From NCBI GenBank assembly GCA_011322625.1, contig DRMH01000020.1, positions 5,104 to 69,103 of the forward strand: a stretch of DNA of 64,000 nt, read 5' to 3'. Under the pieces are notes generated by a model, which worked only from the letters and a program-made list of their open reading frames with translations, ran no database searches and was not told where the DNA came from. The first letter of the stretch is position 1, and every line of letters starts with the position of its first letter. Position numbers and translations under genes: made by a program. Source of the DNA: Thermosulfurimonas dismutans (GTDB lineage: Bacteria > Desulfobacterota > Thermodesulfobacteria > Thermodesulfobacteriales > Thermodesulfobacteriaceae). Below, one piece after another: positions 8,084-16,316 of the stretch.

Positions 8084-9127
8084 TCAGGAAAGAGAGAGTT
8101 CGGCCCGGAGCTGTCCGCAGGCCGCTCCTATATCCAGCCCTTTGCTCTTGCGCACGGTGGCCACCACTCCCTCGGAAAGGATGATCTCCTGAAACCGCCG
8201 CACCCGGCTCTCGGAGGGGCGCTTGAAGGGAAGTTCCGGATGGGGATTGAAGGGAATGAGATTGACCTTGACCGGAATACCCCGCAGGATCTCCACCAGG
8301 CGCCGGGCCTGCCAGGGATGATCGTTTACCCCGGAGAGAAGGACATACTCCACGGTGATGCGGGCTCCGCGGCGCAGGGGATAGTCGCGACAGGCGGCCA
8401 GGATCTCCTCCAGGGGATAACGTCGGGTGGCGGGAATAAGCCGGGACCGCAGGTCATTGTCCGGGGCATGGAGGGAAATGGCCAGGGCCACCGGAAACTC
8501 CTCGGCCAGGGCCCGCATCTGAGGAACCAGACCCACGGTGGAAACGGTGGTGCGTTTGCGGGCGAAATGGAACCCCTGCGGATGGGTGAGGATCTTCAGG
8601 GCCTTGACCAGATGTCGATAGTTGGCCAGCGGCTCGCCCATGCCCATAAAGACCAGGTTGCGCAGGGGACGATCGTCGATTCCGGATTCCTCCATGAAGC
8701 GCCGGGCCAGGAGCACCTGGGAAACGATCTCTCCGGTGGAGAGATTGCGCCTGAACCCCATGCGTCCGGTAAGACAGAAACGACAGCCCATGGCACAGCC
8801 GACCTGGGTGGAGACACAGAGGGTAAAATGGTCTCTTTCCGGGATGAGCACACATTCCACCACCTCGCCGTCGGAGAGCCGGAGCCCCAGCTTGGCCGTC
8901 CCGTCGGTGGAGAGTTTCCGTTCCACGAGCTGGGGCAGGGCCACGGTGGCTATCCCGGAAAGTCTGGCTCGCAGGCTCTTGGGAAGATCGGTCATTACCG
9001 AGAAGTCCTCCACCTCCGGCCGGGTCAGCCAGCGGAAGACCTGCCGGCCCCGGTAAGCCGGCTCACCGAGGCCGGTCATGAATTCTTCCAGTTCCTCCAG
9101 GGTTAGATCGCGCAGGTTTATTCGCAT
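8084..9127 (-). CDS. rlmN: 23S rRNA/tRNA (adenine-C2)-methyltransferase RlmN (radical SAM)
   Basis: CVSTQVGCAMGCRFCLTG, GMGEPLAN, and a full-length match in architecture. ATG 9127 is preferred. The alternative TTG 9136 overlaps the serA stop. Confidence 0.9.
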   Translation of the reverse strand: MRINLRDLTLEELEEFMTGLGEPAYRGRQVFRWLTRPEVEDFSVMTDLPKSLRARLSGIATVALPQLVERKLSTDGTAKLGLRLSDGEVVECVLIPERDHFTLCVSTQVGCAMGCRFCLTGRMGFRRNLSTGEIVSQVLLARRFMEESGIDDRPLRNLVFMGMGEPLANYRHLVKALKILTHPQGFHFARKRTTVSTVGLVPQMRALAEEFPVALAISLHAPDNDLRSRLIPATRRYPLEEILAACRDYPLRRGARITVEYVLLSGVNDHPWQARRLVEILRGIPVKVNLIPFNPHPELPFKRPSESRVRRFQEIILSEGVVATVRKSKGLDIGAACGQLRAELSLS

Positions 9128-9132
9128 AACCC

Positions 9133-10713
9133 TCAAAGCTCCAGGGGTTTTACCGAAAATACATGGGGCAGATTGCGCAGGGCCGAGAGGACCTTCTCCT
9201 CCGGCAACCGATCCAGCGAAAGGAGAATCACGTTGCGCCGTTTTTCCGGTTCCTGGCCCACATACATCCGGGCGATATTGAGATCGGCCTCCCCCAGGGT
9301 AACTCCGATCAGACCGATCACCCCGGGACGATCCTCGTTGTGGATATAAAGCATGGGCCCTTCGGGCAGGGCATCCAGACGGAAATCGTTGATGCGCACG
9401 ATTCGGGGTTCCCGCTTTCCGAAGAGGGTTCCGGCCACATAGTTCTCGCCGCCCTTGAACCTTACCCTCACCCCGATGAGATTGAGGAAATCCTCGGCGG
9501 TCTCGGTGCGGCTCTCGGTGATCTTGATCCCCCGTTCCTTGGCCCGATAAAGGGCGTTTACGTAGTTTACGTCCTCCCGCAGGGCCCGGGAGAGAAGTCC
9601 CTTTACCAGGGAGAGGGTGAGAGGACTGGTATCCAGACGGGAAACCTCTCCCTGATACTCGATCTGGACCTCGGTGATCGGCCCCTCGGCCAGTTGAGCC
9701 TGAAGACTGCCCAGCTTTTCCGCCAGAGTGAGATAAGGCCTGAGCACGCGCAGGGCCTCCGCGGAGACCGAGGGCATGTTCACCGCATTGCGCACCACTC
9801 CGTGGACCAGGAAATCCACCACCTGGGTGGCCACGGCCACGGCCACGTTCTTCTGGGCCTCCAGGGTGGAGGCCCCCAGATGAGGGGTGCAGACGAAGTT
9901 TTCCATCTCAAAGAGCGGATGCTTGGGATCCGGGGGTTCGGTTTCGAACACGTCCAGGGCCGCTCCGGCCACCTTTCCCTTTTTCATGGCCTCATAGAGG
10001 GCCATCTCATCCACAATACCCCCCCGGGCGCAGTTGATGAGGAGCACCCCGTCTTTCATCTTGGCGAAACTCTCGGCGTTGATGAGATGATAGGTCTCCT
10101 TGGTCAGGGGAACATGGATGGTAATGATATCCGACCGGGCGTAGAGTTCGTCGAGGGAGAGCAATTCCACCCCCATTTCCGAGGCCTTTTCCGGGGTCAC
10201 GAAGGGATCATAGGCCACCACCCTCATCTTGAGCCCCTGGGCCCGCTCGGCCACCACCGAACCGATCCGCCCCAAACCGATGATTCCCAGGGTTTTGCCC
10301 ATGAGTTCGCGGCCCATGAATTTCTTGCGTTCCCAGCGGCCGGCCTTCACCGAGGCCATGGCCTGGGGGATGTTCCGGGCCAGGGCCAGCATCAGGGCCA
10401 GGGTATGCTCCGCGGCGGAATTGGTATTTCCGCCGGGACAATTCATGACCACGATACCCCGCCGGCTGGCAGCCTCGATGTCCACATTGTCCAGCCCGGT
10501 CCCGGCCCGGGCGATGACCTTGAGTCGCCGGGCCGCCTCGATGATCTCCGCGGTGAGCCTGGTCCCGCTTCGGATGATGATCCCGTCCGCCTCGGCGATG
10601 GCCTCCCGGAGCTCCTCCGGGGAGAGACCGAGCCGTTCCTCCACCTCCAGGCCACCGGACCTGAGGATCTCTATCCCCTCCGGAAGCAAAGGATCGGTAA
10701 CCAGCACCTTCAT
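9133..10713 (-). CDS. serA: D-3-phosphoglycerate dehydrogenase (long form with ACT domain)
   Basis: GTGLDNVD, GIIGLGRIGS NAD-binding motif and a catalytic-region ..TPHLGAST. The 526-aa length includes a C-terminal ASB/ACT region. ATGA overlap with the upstream gene. Confidence 0.9.
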   Translation of the reverse strand: MKVLVTDPLLPEGIEILRSGGLEVEERLGLSPEELREAIAEADGIIIRSGTRLTAEIIEAARRLKVIARAGTGLDNVDIEAASRRGIVVMNCPGGNTNSAAEHTLALMLALARNIPQAMASVKAGRWERKKFMGRELMGKTLGIIGLGRIGSVVAERAQGLKMRVVAYDPFVTPEKASEMGVELLSLDELYARSDIITIHVPLTKETYHLINAESFAKMKDGVLLINCARGGIVDEMALYEAMKKGKVAGAALDVFETEPPDPKHPLFEMENFVCTPHLGASTLEAQKNVAVAVATQVVDFLVHGVVRNAVNMPSVSAEALRVLRPYLTLAEKLGSLQAQLAEGPITEVQIEYQGEVSRLDTSPLTLSLVKGLLSRALREDVNYVNALYRAKERGIKITESRTETAEDFLNLIGVRVRFKGGENYVAGTLFGKREPRIVRINDFRLDALPEGPMLYIHNEDRPGVIGLIGVTLGEADLNIARMYVGQEPEKRRNVILLSLDRLPEEKVLSALRNLPHVFSVKPLEL

Positions 10714-11867
10714 GCGTAAACCTCCTTTCCCCTCTCGCCGATGAAAGCAAGGGCCTGCGCCAGTCCTTCTTCCATTTTAACCGGGAAGCCCATTTCCGAA
10801 AGTCCGAGCCCCAGGGCCGAAAGGGCCAGCACCACCTCCAGGGGACTCTGGTGCCCCATGTGGGTGATCCGGACCACCCGTCCCCTGAGTTTCCCCTGCC
10901 CTCCGGCCACCACCACCCCGTAACGCTCACGCAGAAGCCGGGTCAATTTACCTCCATCCACCTCCTCCGGCAGACGGATCACCGTAAGGGCCTCGCAGGG
11001 CACCTCCGGAAAGACCTCCAGCCCCATGGCCCTCACCGCCCGGCGGGTGGCTTCGGAGACCAGGGCGTAGTGGGCGAAGAGTTTCTCCAGCCCGGTTTCA
11101 CGCACCAGACGCAGGGCCGCCTGGAGCGAAAGAAGCAGGGAAACCGCCGGGGTATAGGCCGTGGTCTCCTTCTGGTAGGCCTTCCATTCCCGCCGCAGAT
11201 CGAAGTAGTAGCGCGGGAGGGTAGCCTTCTCCACCCGGCTCCAGGCCCTCTCGGAGACGGCAATGAAGGAAAGCCCCGGAGGAAGGGCCAGGCTCTTCTG
11301 CGACCCGGCCACCATCACATCAATCCCCCACTCATCCATGGGAAGGGGATAGACCCCCAGGGCGGAGATGGCGTCCACCACCAGGAGGACGTTTTTATCC
11401 CGACAGATAGCGGCCAGTTCCTCCACCGGATGTTTCACCCCGGTGGAGGTTTCGTGGGCCTGAACCAGAACCGCGCGGATCTCCGGGTCCCGGTCCAGCC
11501 GGGACTTCACCTCCTCCGCCTGCACGGCCTTACCCCATTCCACATCCAGATACACCGGCAAGAGGCCGTAACCCTCGGCGATCTCTCCCCAGCGTTCGCC
11601 GAACTTTCCGCCCCGGACCACCAGGACCTTTTCCCCGGGGGAAAAGAGATTGGCCACCGCGGCCTCCATGGCCCCGGTGCCGGAGGAGGCGAAGAAGAAG
11701 ACCGGACGCCGGGTCTGGAAAAGATACTGCAAATCCCTGCGAATCTCCGAGAGCAGGGCCGAAAACTCCGGCAAGCGATGATGCGGGGTGGGAACGGCTC
11801 CGGCCAGAAGGACCTGGGGGGCCACCGGAACCGGCCCGGGAGTAAAAAGATGCCATTTACGAAACAT
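10710..11867 (-). CDS. class V aminotransferase (AGXT/SerC-like; probable phosphoserine aminotransferase role)
   Basis: FTPGPV N-terminus, and SGTGAMEAA and GSQKSL (PLP-Lys context). The gene is translationally coupled to serA, so the functional assignment is inferred from context. Confidence 0.75.
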   Translation of the reverse strand: MFRKWHLFTPGPVPVAPQVLLAGAVPTPHHRLPEFSALLSEIRRDLQYLFQTRRPVFFFASSGTGAMEAAVANLFSPGEKVLVVRGGKFGERWGEIAEGYGLLPVYLDVEWGKAVQAEEVKSRLDRDPEIRAVLVQAHETSTGVKHPVEELAAICRDKNVLLVVDAISALGVYPLPMDEWGIDVMVAGSQKSLALPPGLSFIAVSERAWSRVEKATLPRYYFDLRREWKAYQKETTAYTPAVSLLLSLQAALRLVRETGLEKLFAHYALVSEATRRAVRAMGLEVFPEVPCEALTVIRLPEEVDGGKLTRLLRERYGVVVAGGQGKLRGRVVRITHMGHQSPLEVVLALSALGLGLSEMGFPVKMEEGLAQALAFIGERGKEVYA

Positions 11868-11928
11868 CTATCCTGCCTCCTGCTCAAATTTGGCCCTACT
11901 TTAACGCAATTTTTCCGGATAACTACCC

Positions 11929-11957
11929 TTTACACCCCTCCGGGCCGATGGTATCTT
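11929..11957 (+). promoter_or_regulatory. sigma70-like promoter candidate for the dsbC-like operon (TTTACA-N17-TATCTT)
   Basis: TTTACA lies at 11929-11934 and TATCTT at 11952-11957, followed by SD AAAGGAGG and ATG 11979. Confidence 0.3.
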
Positions 11958-11978
11958 GGCCTAAAAAGGAGGTCGGCT

Positions 11979-12719
11979 ATGCGCTTTAAGGGTTATATAT
12001 GGATAGCGGGTCTTTTTCTGTGGCTGTCAGGGGCGGCCGGAGCCTGTCCCACCCCCCAGAAAGTACAGCAACTCCTGCGCAATCTTACCCCGGGCAATCT
12101 GAAGATCCTCTCGGTGCGTCCCTCCCCGGTAAAGGGGCTCTGCGAGGTCACCCTTCGGCAGGGAACCCGCAAGGGGGTCACCTATATCGACGAATCGGGC
12201 CGCTATCTGGTGGCCGGACGCATCATAGAGATCGCCAAGAGGCGCGATCTCACCGGGGAGAGGATCTCCGAACTCAACCGGGTCAAGCTCACGCCCCAGC
12301 AGCTTCAGAAATTGCGTCAATATGTGGCCTTTTCCGCGGGAAAGGGGCCGGAGGTCTTCTTCATCATCGATCCGGATTGTCCCTTCTGCAAGAAGGCGGA
12401 AAGGATCCTCTGGCAGCTGATCCAGGAAAACAAGGTCCGGGTCAATGTGGTCTTCTTCCCCCTGGAGCAGCTCCATCCCCGGGCCAAGCAGAAGGCCATT
12501 GCCCTCATCTGCGAAAAAAAGGGCTTTGAGGATCTGGTGGCGGGTTATCAGGGCACCAAGGAATGTCGCGAGGGGAAGGACAAGGTGGAAGAGGGGGCCC
12601 GTTTTGTAAAGAGCCTGGGGATCCGGGGAACCCCCACCTATGTATTTCCTTCCGGGCTCACCCACTCGGGGGTGCTCTCCCGGGAACAGTTACTTAAGCT
12701 GTTAAAAAATGCCTCTTAG
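11979..12719 (+). CDS. DsbC/DsbG-family thiol:disulfide interchange protein
   Basis: Signal peptide (MRFKGYIWIAGLFLWLSGAAGA), a DsbC-type N-terminal domain and a thioredoxin fold with CPFC. Strong SD upstream. The 622-aa track ORF is an upstream shadow extension. Confidence 0.8.
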   Translation: MRFKGYIWIAGLFLWLSGAAGACPTPQKVQQLLRNLTPGNLKILSVRPSPVKGLCEVTLRQGTRKGVTYIDESGRYLVAGRIIEIAKRRDLTGERISELNRVKLTPQQLQKLRQYVAFSAGKGPEVFFIIDPDCPFCKKAERILWQLIQENKVRVNVVFFPLEQLHPRAKQKAIALICEKKGFEDLVAGYQGTKECREGKDKVEEGARFVKSLGIRGTPTYVFPSGLTHSGVLSREQLLKLLKNAS

Positions 12720-13281
12720 CCCGGAAGAAAAACTTTATCTCCTGCGGCTGGCCCGGAGAACCCTGGAGGCGGCCTTCTCCGAGAGGTTGTACGAGGAGGA
12801 GCCCCCTCCGCTTCCGGGTCTGCACCGGCCCTGCGGGGCCTTTGTTACCCTGCACAAACACGGCGAACTGCGGGGCTGCATCGGGACCTTCCAGTCCGAA
12901 AAACCCCTCTACCGGGTGGTGCAGGAGATGGCCCTATCCGCGGCCTTTAACGACCCCCGTTTCCCTCCCCTGGCCCGGGAGGAGCTCCCCGAGGTGGAAC
13001 TGGAAATCTCCGTCCTCTCCCCCTTACAGCGGGGGCGCCCGGAGGAGGTGGAAGTGGGGCGCCACGGGGTGTATATCGTCAAGGGGCCCTTTCGGGGGGT
13101 GCTTCTTCCGCAGGTGCCCGTGGAATACGGGTGGGATCGGGAGACCTTCCTGGATCACGTGTGTCTTAAGGCCGGGCTCCCTCCTCGCTGCTGGGAGGAC
13201 CCGGATACCGAAATCTATCTCTTCACCGCCGAGGTCTTCAGCGAGGCCGAATTCGGCCTTGCCCAGGAGAAAAACTTTTAA
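12709..13281 (+). CDS. AMMECR1 domain protein
   Basis: CGAFVTLHKHGELRGCIGT and DPRFPPL motifs. Length is 190 aa. Confidence 0.85.
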   Translation: MPLSPEEKLYLLRLARRTLEAAFSERLYEEEPPPLPGLHRPCGAFVTLHKHGELRGCIGTFQSEKPLYRVVQEMALSAAFNDPRFPPLAREELPEVELEISVLSPLQRGRPEEVEVGRHGVYIVKGPFRGVLLPQVPVEYGWDRETFLDHVCLKAGLPPRCWEDPDTEIYLFTAEVFSEAEFGLAQEKNF

Positions 13282-13293
13282 TAGTATAGCGCC

Positions 13294-14205
13294 ATGGACA
13301 AGCGGAACCTCTATTTCATTGTCGTTTCCGAGGATCAGCCCACCCGAAGGTTTTGCCTCCCGGAACCTTTCCTGAAACTGGGGGTGGTGGTTCTCCTTCT
13401 GCTCCTGGTATTGAGTCTGGGGGGTTTGCTCTCCTTCGGCCAGCTGGTAAAGACCCGCCGCCACCTGGCTCGGTTGCAGCAGAATCTCCGGGATCTTCAG
13501 CGCGAGAACCAGACCCTTCGCCGGCGGGTGGCTCTTCTGGAAAAGGAGAAACAGGAATTGCTGGCCGGCGCGGTGGGGGAACTTCGTGCCCGTTCCCGGG
13601 TGATCGAAGAGCTGGTCTCCAACCTGGGGCTCAAACGCTATGTCCCCCGTCGCAAAAAGACCTACCGGGGCGGGCCCTATCGGGCTCCCTCTTCGGCTGA
13701 AGGCGGGCCCTATCTACCCCTGAAAGGGGTCTCCCTTTCCCCTGCCGAATACCAGGACCTCCTTTCCACGGTGGATGCCTATCTGCGGGTCCTTTCCCGG
13801 GTACCCATAGGTTCTCCCTGTCGGGGGTGCTACCTTTCCTCGGGCTTCGGTCGAAGGAAAGACCCTTTCACCGGGAAACCGGCTTTTCACACCGGGGTGG
13901 ATCTGGTGGGTTATTCCGGGACGCCCATAAGGAGCACCGCCGACGGAAAGGTGATTTATGCCGGCTGGCACGGAGGCTACGGCAGGGTGGTGGTGATCCG
14001 CCACGGATACGGATACAGCACCCTTTATGGGCACCTGAAAAAGATCGTCGTCCGGGCCGGGCAGAGGGTAAAACGGGGCCAGGTCATAGGATACCTGGGG
14101 AACACCGGGCGCAGCACCGGCCCTCACCTCCACTACGAGGTGCGCCGTTACGGCCGGTATCTCAATCCCTACCGTTTCATCCGGGTAAGGCTGGCCGGTC
14201 GTTGA
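13294..14205 (+). CDS. M23 family metallopeptidase (LytM-like) with N-terminal TM and coiled coil
   Basis: HTGVDL ... GYGRVVVIRHGYGYSTLYGHL ... GNTGRSTGPHLHYEVR (the HxxxD and HxH zinc motifs). Confidence 0.9.
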   Translation: MDKRNLYFIVVSEDQPTRRFCLPEPFLKLGVVVLLLLLVLSLGGLLSFGQLVKTRRHLARLQQNLRDLQRENQTLRRRVALLEKEKQELLAGAVGELRARSRVIEELVSNLGLKRYVPRRKKTYRGGPYRAPSSAEGGPYLPLKGVSLSPAEYQDLLSTVDAYLRVLSRVPIGSPCRGCYLSSGFGRRKDPFTGKPAFHTGVDLVGYSGTPIRSTADGKVIYAGWHGGYGRVVVIRHGYGYSTLYGHLKKIVVRAGQRVKRGQVIGYLGNTGRSTGPHLHYEVRRYGRYLNPYRFIRVRLAGR

Positions 14206-14621
14206 TGCGCTGGAAAAAGACTCCACCGGCCGAAGAGATGAACGCCTATATAGGTCCGGGACTCAAACTGGAAGGGCATCTGGTCTTTTCCGGCCAGGCC
14301 AAATTCGAGGGGGAGTTTGAGGGGGAACTGAAGGGAGACCGCCTGATCATCGGCGAAAGCGGGACCATCCGGGGCGGGGTGGAGGCCTCGGAGATAATAT
14401 GTTTCGGCCGGATCGAGGGGAGGATCACGGCCCGGGTCCTCCACCTCAAAAAGACCGCCCGGGTGCAGGGAGAAATCTATACCCAGAAACTCGCGGTAGA
14501 GGAAGGGGCCTTCCTGGAAGGGAGGGTCAAAGCGGGAGGGGAGCAAATTCCTCCTTCAGAGGGCGCGCCAGAAGCTCCTGCAAAGCCCGAGCCGGCGACA
14601 CCCCGGCGTAGAGTACTCTGA
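14205..14621 (+). CDS. bactofilin (polymer-forming cytoskeletal protein)
   Basis: ATG overlaps the M23 stop (TGATG). Repetitive beta-helix pattern IGPGLKLEGHLVFSGQAKFEGEFEGELKGDRLIIGESGTIRGGVEASEIICFGRIEGRITA ... VEEGAFLEGRV. The Pro/Ala-rich tail overlaps the gpsA 3' end. Confidence 0.8.
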   Translation: MRWKKTPPAEEMNAYIGPGLKLEGHLVFSGQAKFEGEFEGELKGDRLIIGESGTIRGGVEASEIICFGRIEGRITARVLHLKKTARVQGEIYTQKLAVEEGAFLEGRVKAGGEQIPPSEGAPEAPAKPEPATPRRRVL

Positions 14622-15525
14622 ACACCGCCTCGGTGATGGGCATTTCCAGACGGAGGTCGTGGGCCAGCCTGCGCACCGCCTTGACGGTTTCCACCCCTTC
14701 GGCCACCTGTCCCAGATTCCGGAGGATCTGATCCAGGGGTTCGCCCGCGGCCAGACGCCTTCCTACCCGGTAGTTACGGGAGAGGGGGCCGGTGCAGGTC
14801 AAAACCAGATCCCCCAGTCCGGCCAGACCGGAAAAGGTGAGAGGCCGGGCCCCCAGTTTCAGCCCCAGGCGTATCATTTCGGCCAGTCCGCGGGTAATAA
14901 GGGCGGCCCGGGCGTTCAGTCCCAGCTCCAGACCGTCGCTTATTCCCGAGGCGATGGCCATCACATTCTTGAGGGCCCCGCAGAGTTCCACTCCGCGCAC
15001 ATCCTCGCTTCGATAGATGCGGAAGACCGGCCGGGAGAGCCTTTCCTGCCAGAAGGAAAGCCGGGCGGTCTTCCCGGCCAGGACCACCGCCGTGGGCAAC
15101 CCCCGGGCTACCTCCAGAGCGAAACTGGGACCGGAAAGGACCATGTATTCCCCCCTGCCGAAGACCTGTTCCAGGATCTCCAGAGGGGTACAGAAGGTCT
15201 CCACCTCCAGGCCCTTTATCACCGAGAGCATGGGGGGCGGAGCGGTGAGGACCCGGGTGGCCCCGCGGGCCGCCTCGCGTAACCCCTGACAGGGCACCGC
15301 CCATACCAGTAGTTCGGCCTCGCGGAGCACCTCCTGCCGGAGGGTGGCCTCAAGGCACGAGGGAAGCTTTATCCCGGGGAGATACCGCGGGTTTTCGCGA
15401 TGGGTGTTGATGCTTTCCACCACCTCCTGGCGCCGGGCCAGGAGGATCACCCGGTGTCCGGCCTCGGCCCAGATCTTCCCCAGGGCCGTGCCCCAGCTTC
15501 CCGCGCCTACTATGACTATCCTCAT
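14527..15525 (-). CDS. gpsA: NAD(P)H-dependent glycerol-3-phosphate dehydrogenase
   Basis: MRIVIVGAGSWGTALG ... GALKNVMAIASG. The start at 15525 makes an ATGA overlap with the upstream TPR gene. An alternative ATG lies at 15540. Confidence 0.9.
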   Translation of the reverse strand: MRIVIVGAGSWGTALGKIWAEAGHRVILLARRQEVVESINTHRENPRYLPGIKLPSCLEATLRQEVLREAELLVWAVPCQGLREAARGATRVLTAPPPMLSVIKGLEVETFCTPLEILEQVFGRGEYMVLSGPSFALEVARGLPTAVVLAGKTARLSFWQERLSRPVFRIYRSEDVRGVELCGALKNVMAIASGISDGLELGLNARAALITRGLAEMIRLGLKLGARPLTFSGLAGLGDLVLTCTGPLSRNYRVGRRLAAGEPLDQILRNLGQVAEGVETVKAVRRLAHDLRLEMPITEAVFRVLYAGVSPARALQELLARPLKEEFAPLPL

Positions 15526-16316
15526 TTCTTCCTTCCGCACACTTTCCGCAGGTAGGCCTCAAGCCCCGGATCCGGGGCCTCTCCCTTCCCTCTCAGAGGA
15601 CGAAAAGCTGCGCAGGCCTCCCGTTTATCTCCCATCTTGAGGGATAAAAGTACCAGATTCAACCGGACCTCCGGGTCCTCCTTAAGGCGCAGGGATTCCC
15701 GGAAGGCCTCCCGGGCCTCGGAAAGACGCCCCAGAAGCCAGAGACAGGCCCCGTAATTGTTGAGGACCCCCGGATCCCGGAACCGGGCCAGATAACGACG
15801 ATAATAGTCTAGGGCCTCGGCACAACGGCCCTGGTGGCGCAAAATCTCCGCCCGCACCAGATACCCCCGCAGGACCTCCGCCGGCGAGAGAAGCAACCTT
15901 TCCCCGGATCTTCTCACCGGGGAGGGCCCGGGGGAGGCCCCGCCGGAAGACACCCGCGTCTTTGCGGGGGGAGGAAGGGGCTTTTTCGCCGGAAGGACCA
16001 CCCGTTTTTCCGGAAGAGAGGCCGTCTTCCGCGGGGACGAGGCAGCTTTCTTTTTCCGGGTACGCTCCGGGGATGGAGCGCTTGCGACCTTAAAGGATCT
16101 GTGGATCGGAGGTCTTACCGGACCGGGGGAGGGAGTGGAGGTGTACCAGAGTCGAAAGGCCCAGAAGCTTCCCAGAGCGGAGAAAAGACCCAGCAGAAGC
16201 AATCCGACCCAGGACCATCTCCTTCCTACCCCGGGTTTCGCTCCGGATGAGGGAAAGCGGGGACCTTCCCTTTCCCGATTCTCGATCTGCCGAAGGATCT
16301 CGTAAAGTTTGCTCAT
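15522..16316 (-). CDS. TPR-repeat membrane protein (MshN/GspB-like pilus-biogenesis accessory protein)
   Basis: The start MSKLYEILRQIENRE overlaps the secretin stop (ATGA). It has one TM helix, a Pro/Ser-rich linker and C-terminal TPR repeats (AEALDYYRRYL ..., AREAFRESLRL). Confidence 0.6.
   Translation of the reverse strand: MSKLYEILRQIENREREGPRFPSSGAKPGVGRRWSWVGLLLLGLFSALGSFWAFRLWYTSTPSPGPVRPPIHRSFKVASAPSPERTRKKKAASSPRKTASLPEKRVVLPAKKPLPPPAKTRVSSGGASPGPSPVRRSGERLLLSPAEVLRGYLVRAEILRHQGRCAEALDYYRRYLARFRDPGVLNNYGACLWLLGRLSEAREAFRESLRLKEDPEVRLNLVLLSLKMGDKREACAAFRPLRGKGEAPDPGLEAYLRKVCGRKK

Noticed and set aside
9163-10719. 518-aa ORF antisense to the whole of serA.
   Set aside because: Same reasoning. 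serA is unambiguous, and the antisense translation is low-complexity (G/H/P/L/D/Q).
10851-12719. 622-aa plus-strand ORF.
   Set aside because: Only the last 246 codons (from ATG 11979, with SD and signal peptide) are a DsbC-like protein. The upstream part is antisense to the aminotransferase gene and crosses a promoter region.
13827-14621. 264-aa ORF spanning the M23 3' end and the bactofilin gene.
   Set aside because: Its first half is out of frame with the clear M23 catalytic motifs. Only the part from ATG 14205 shows the bactofilin repeat pattern.
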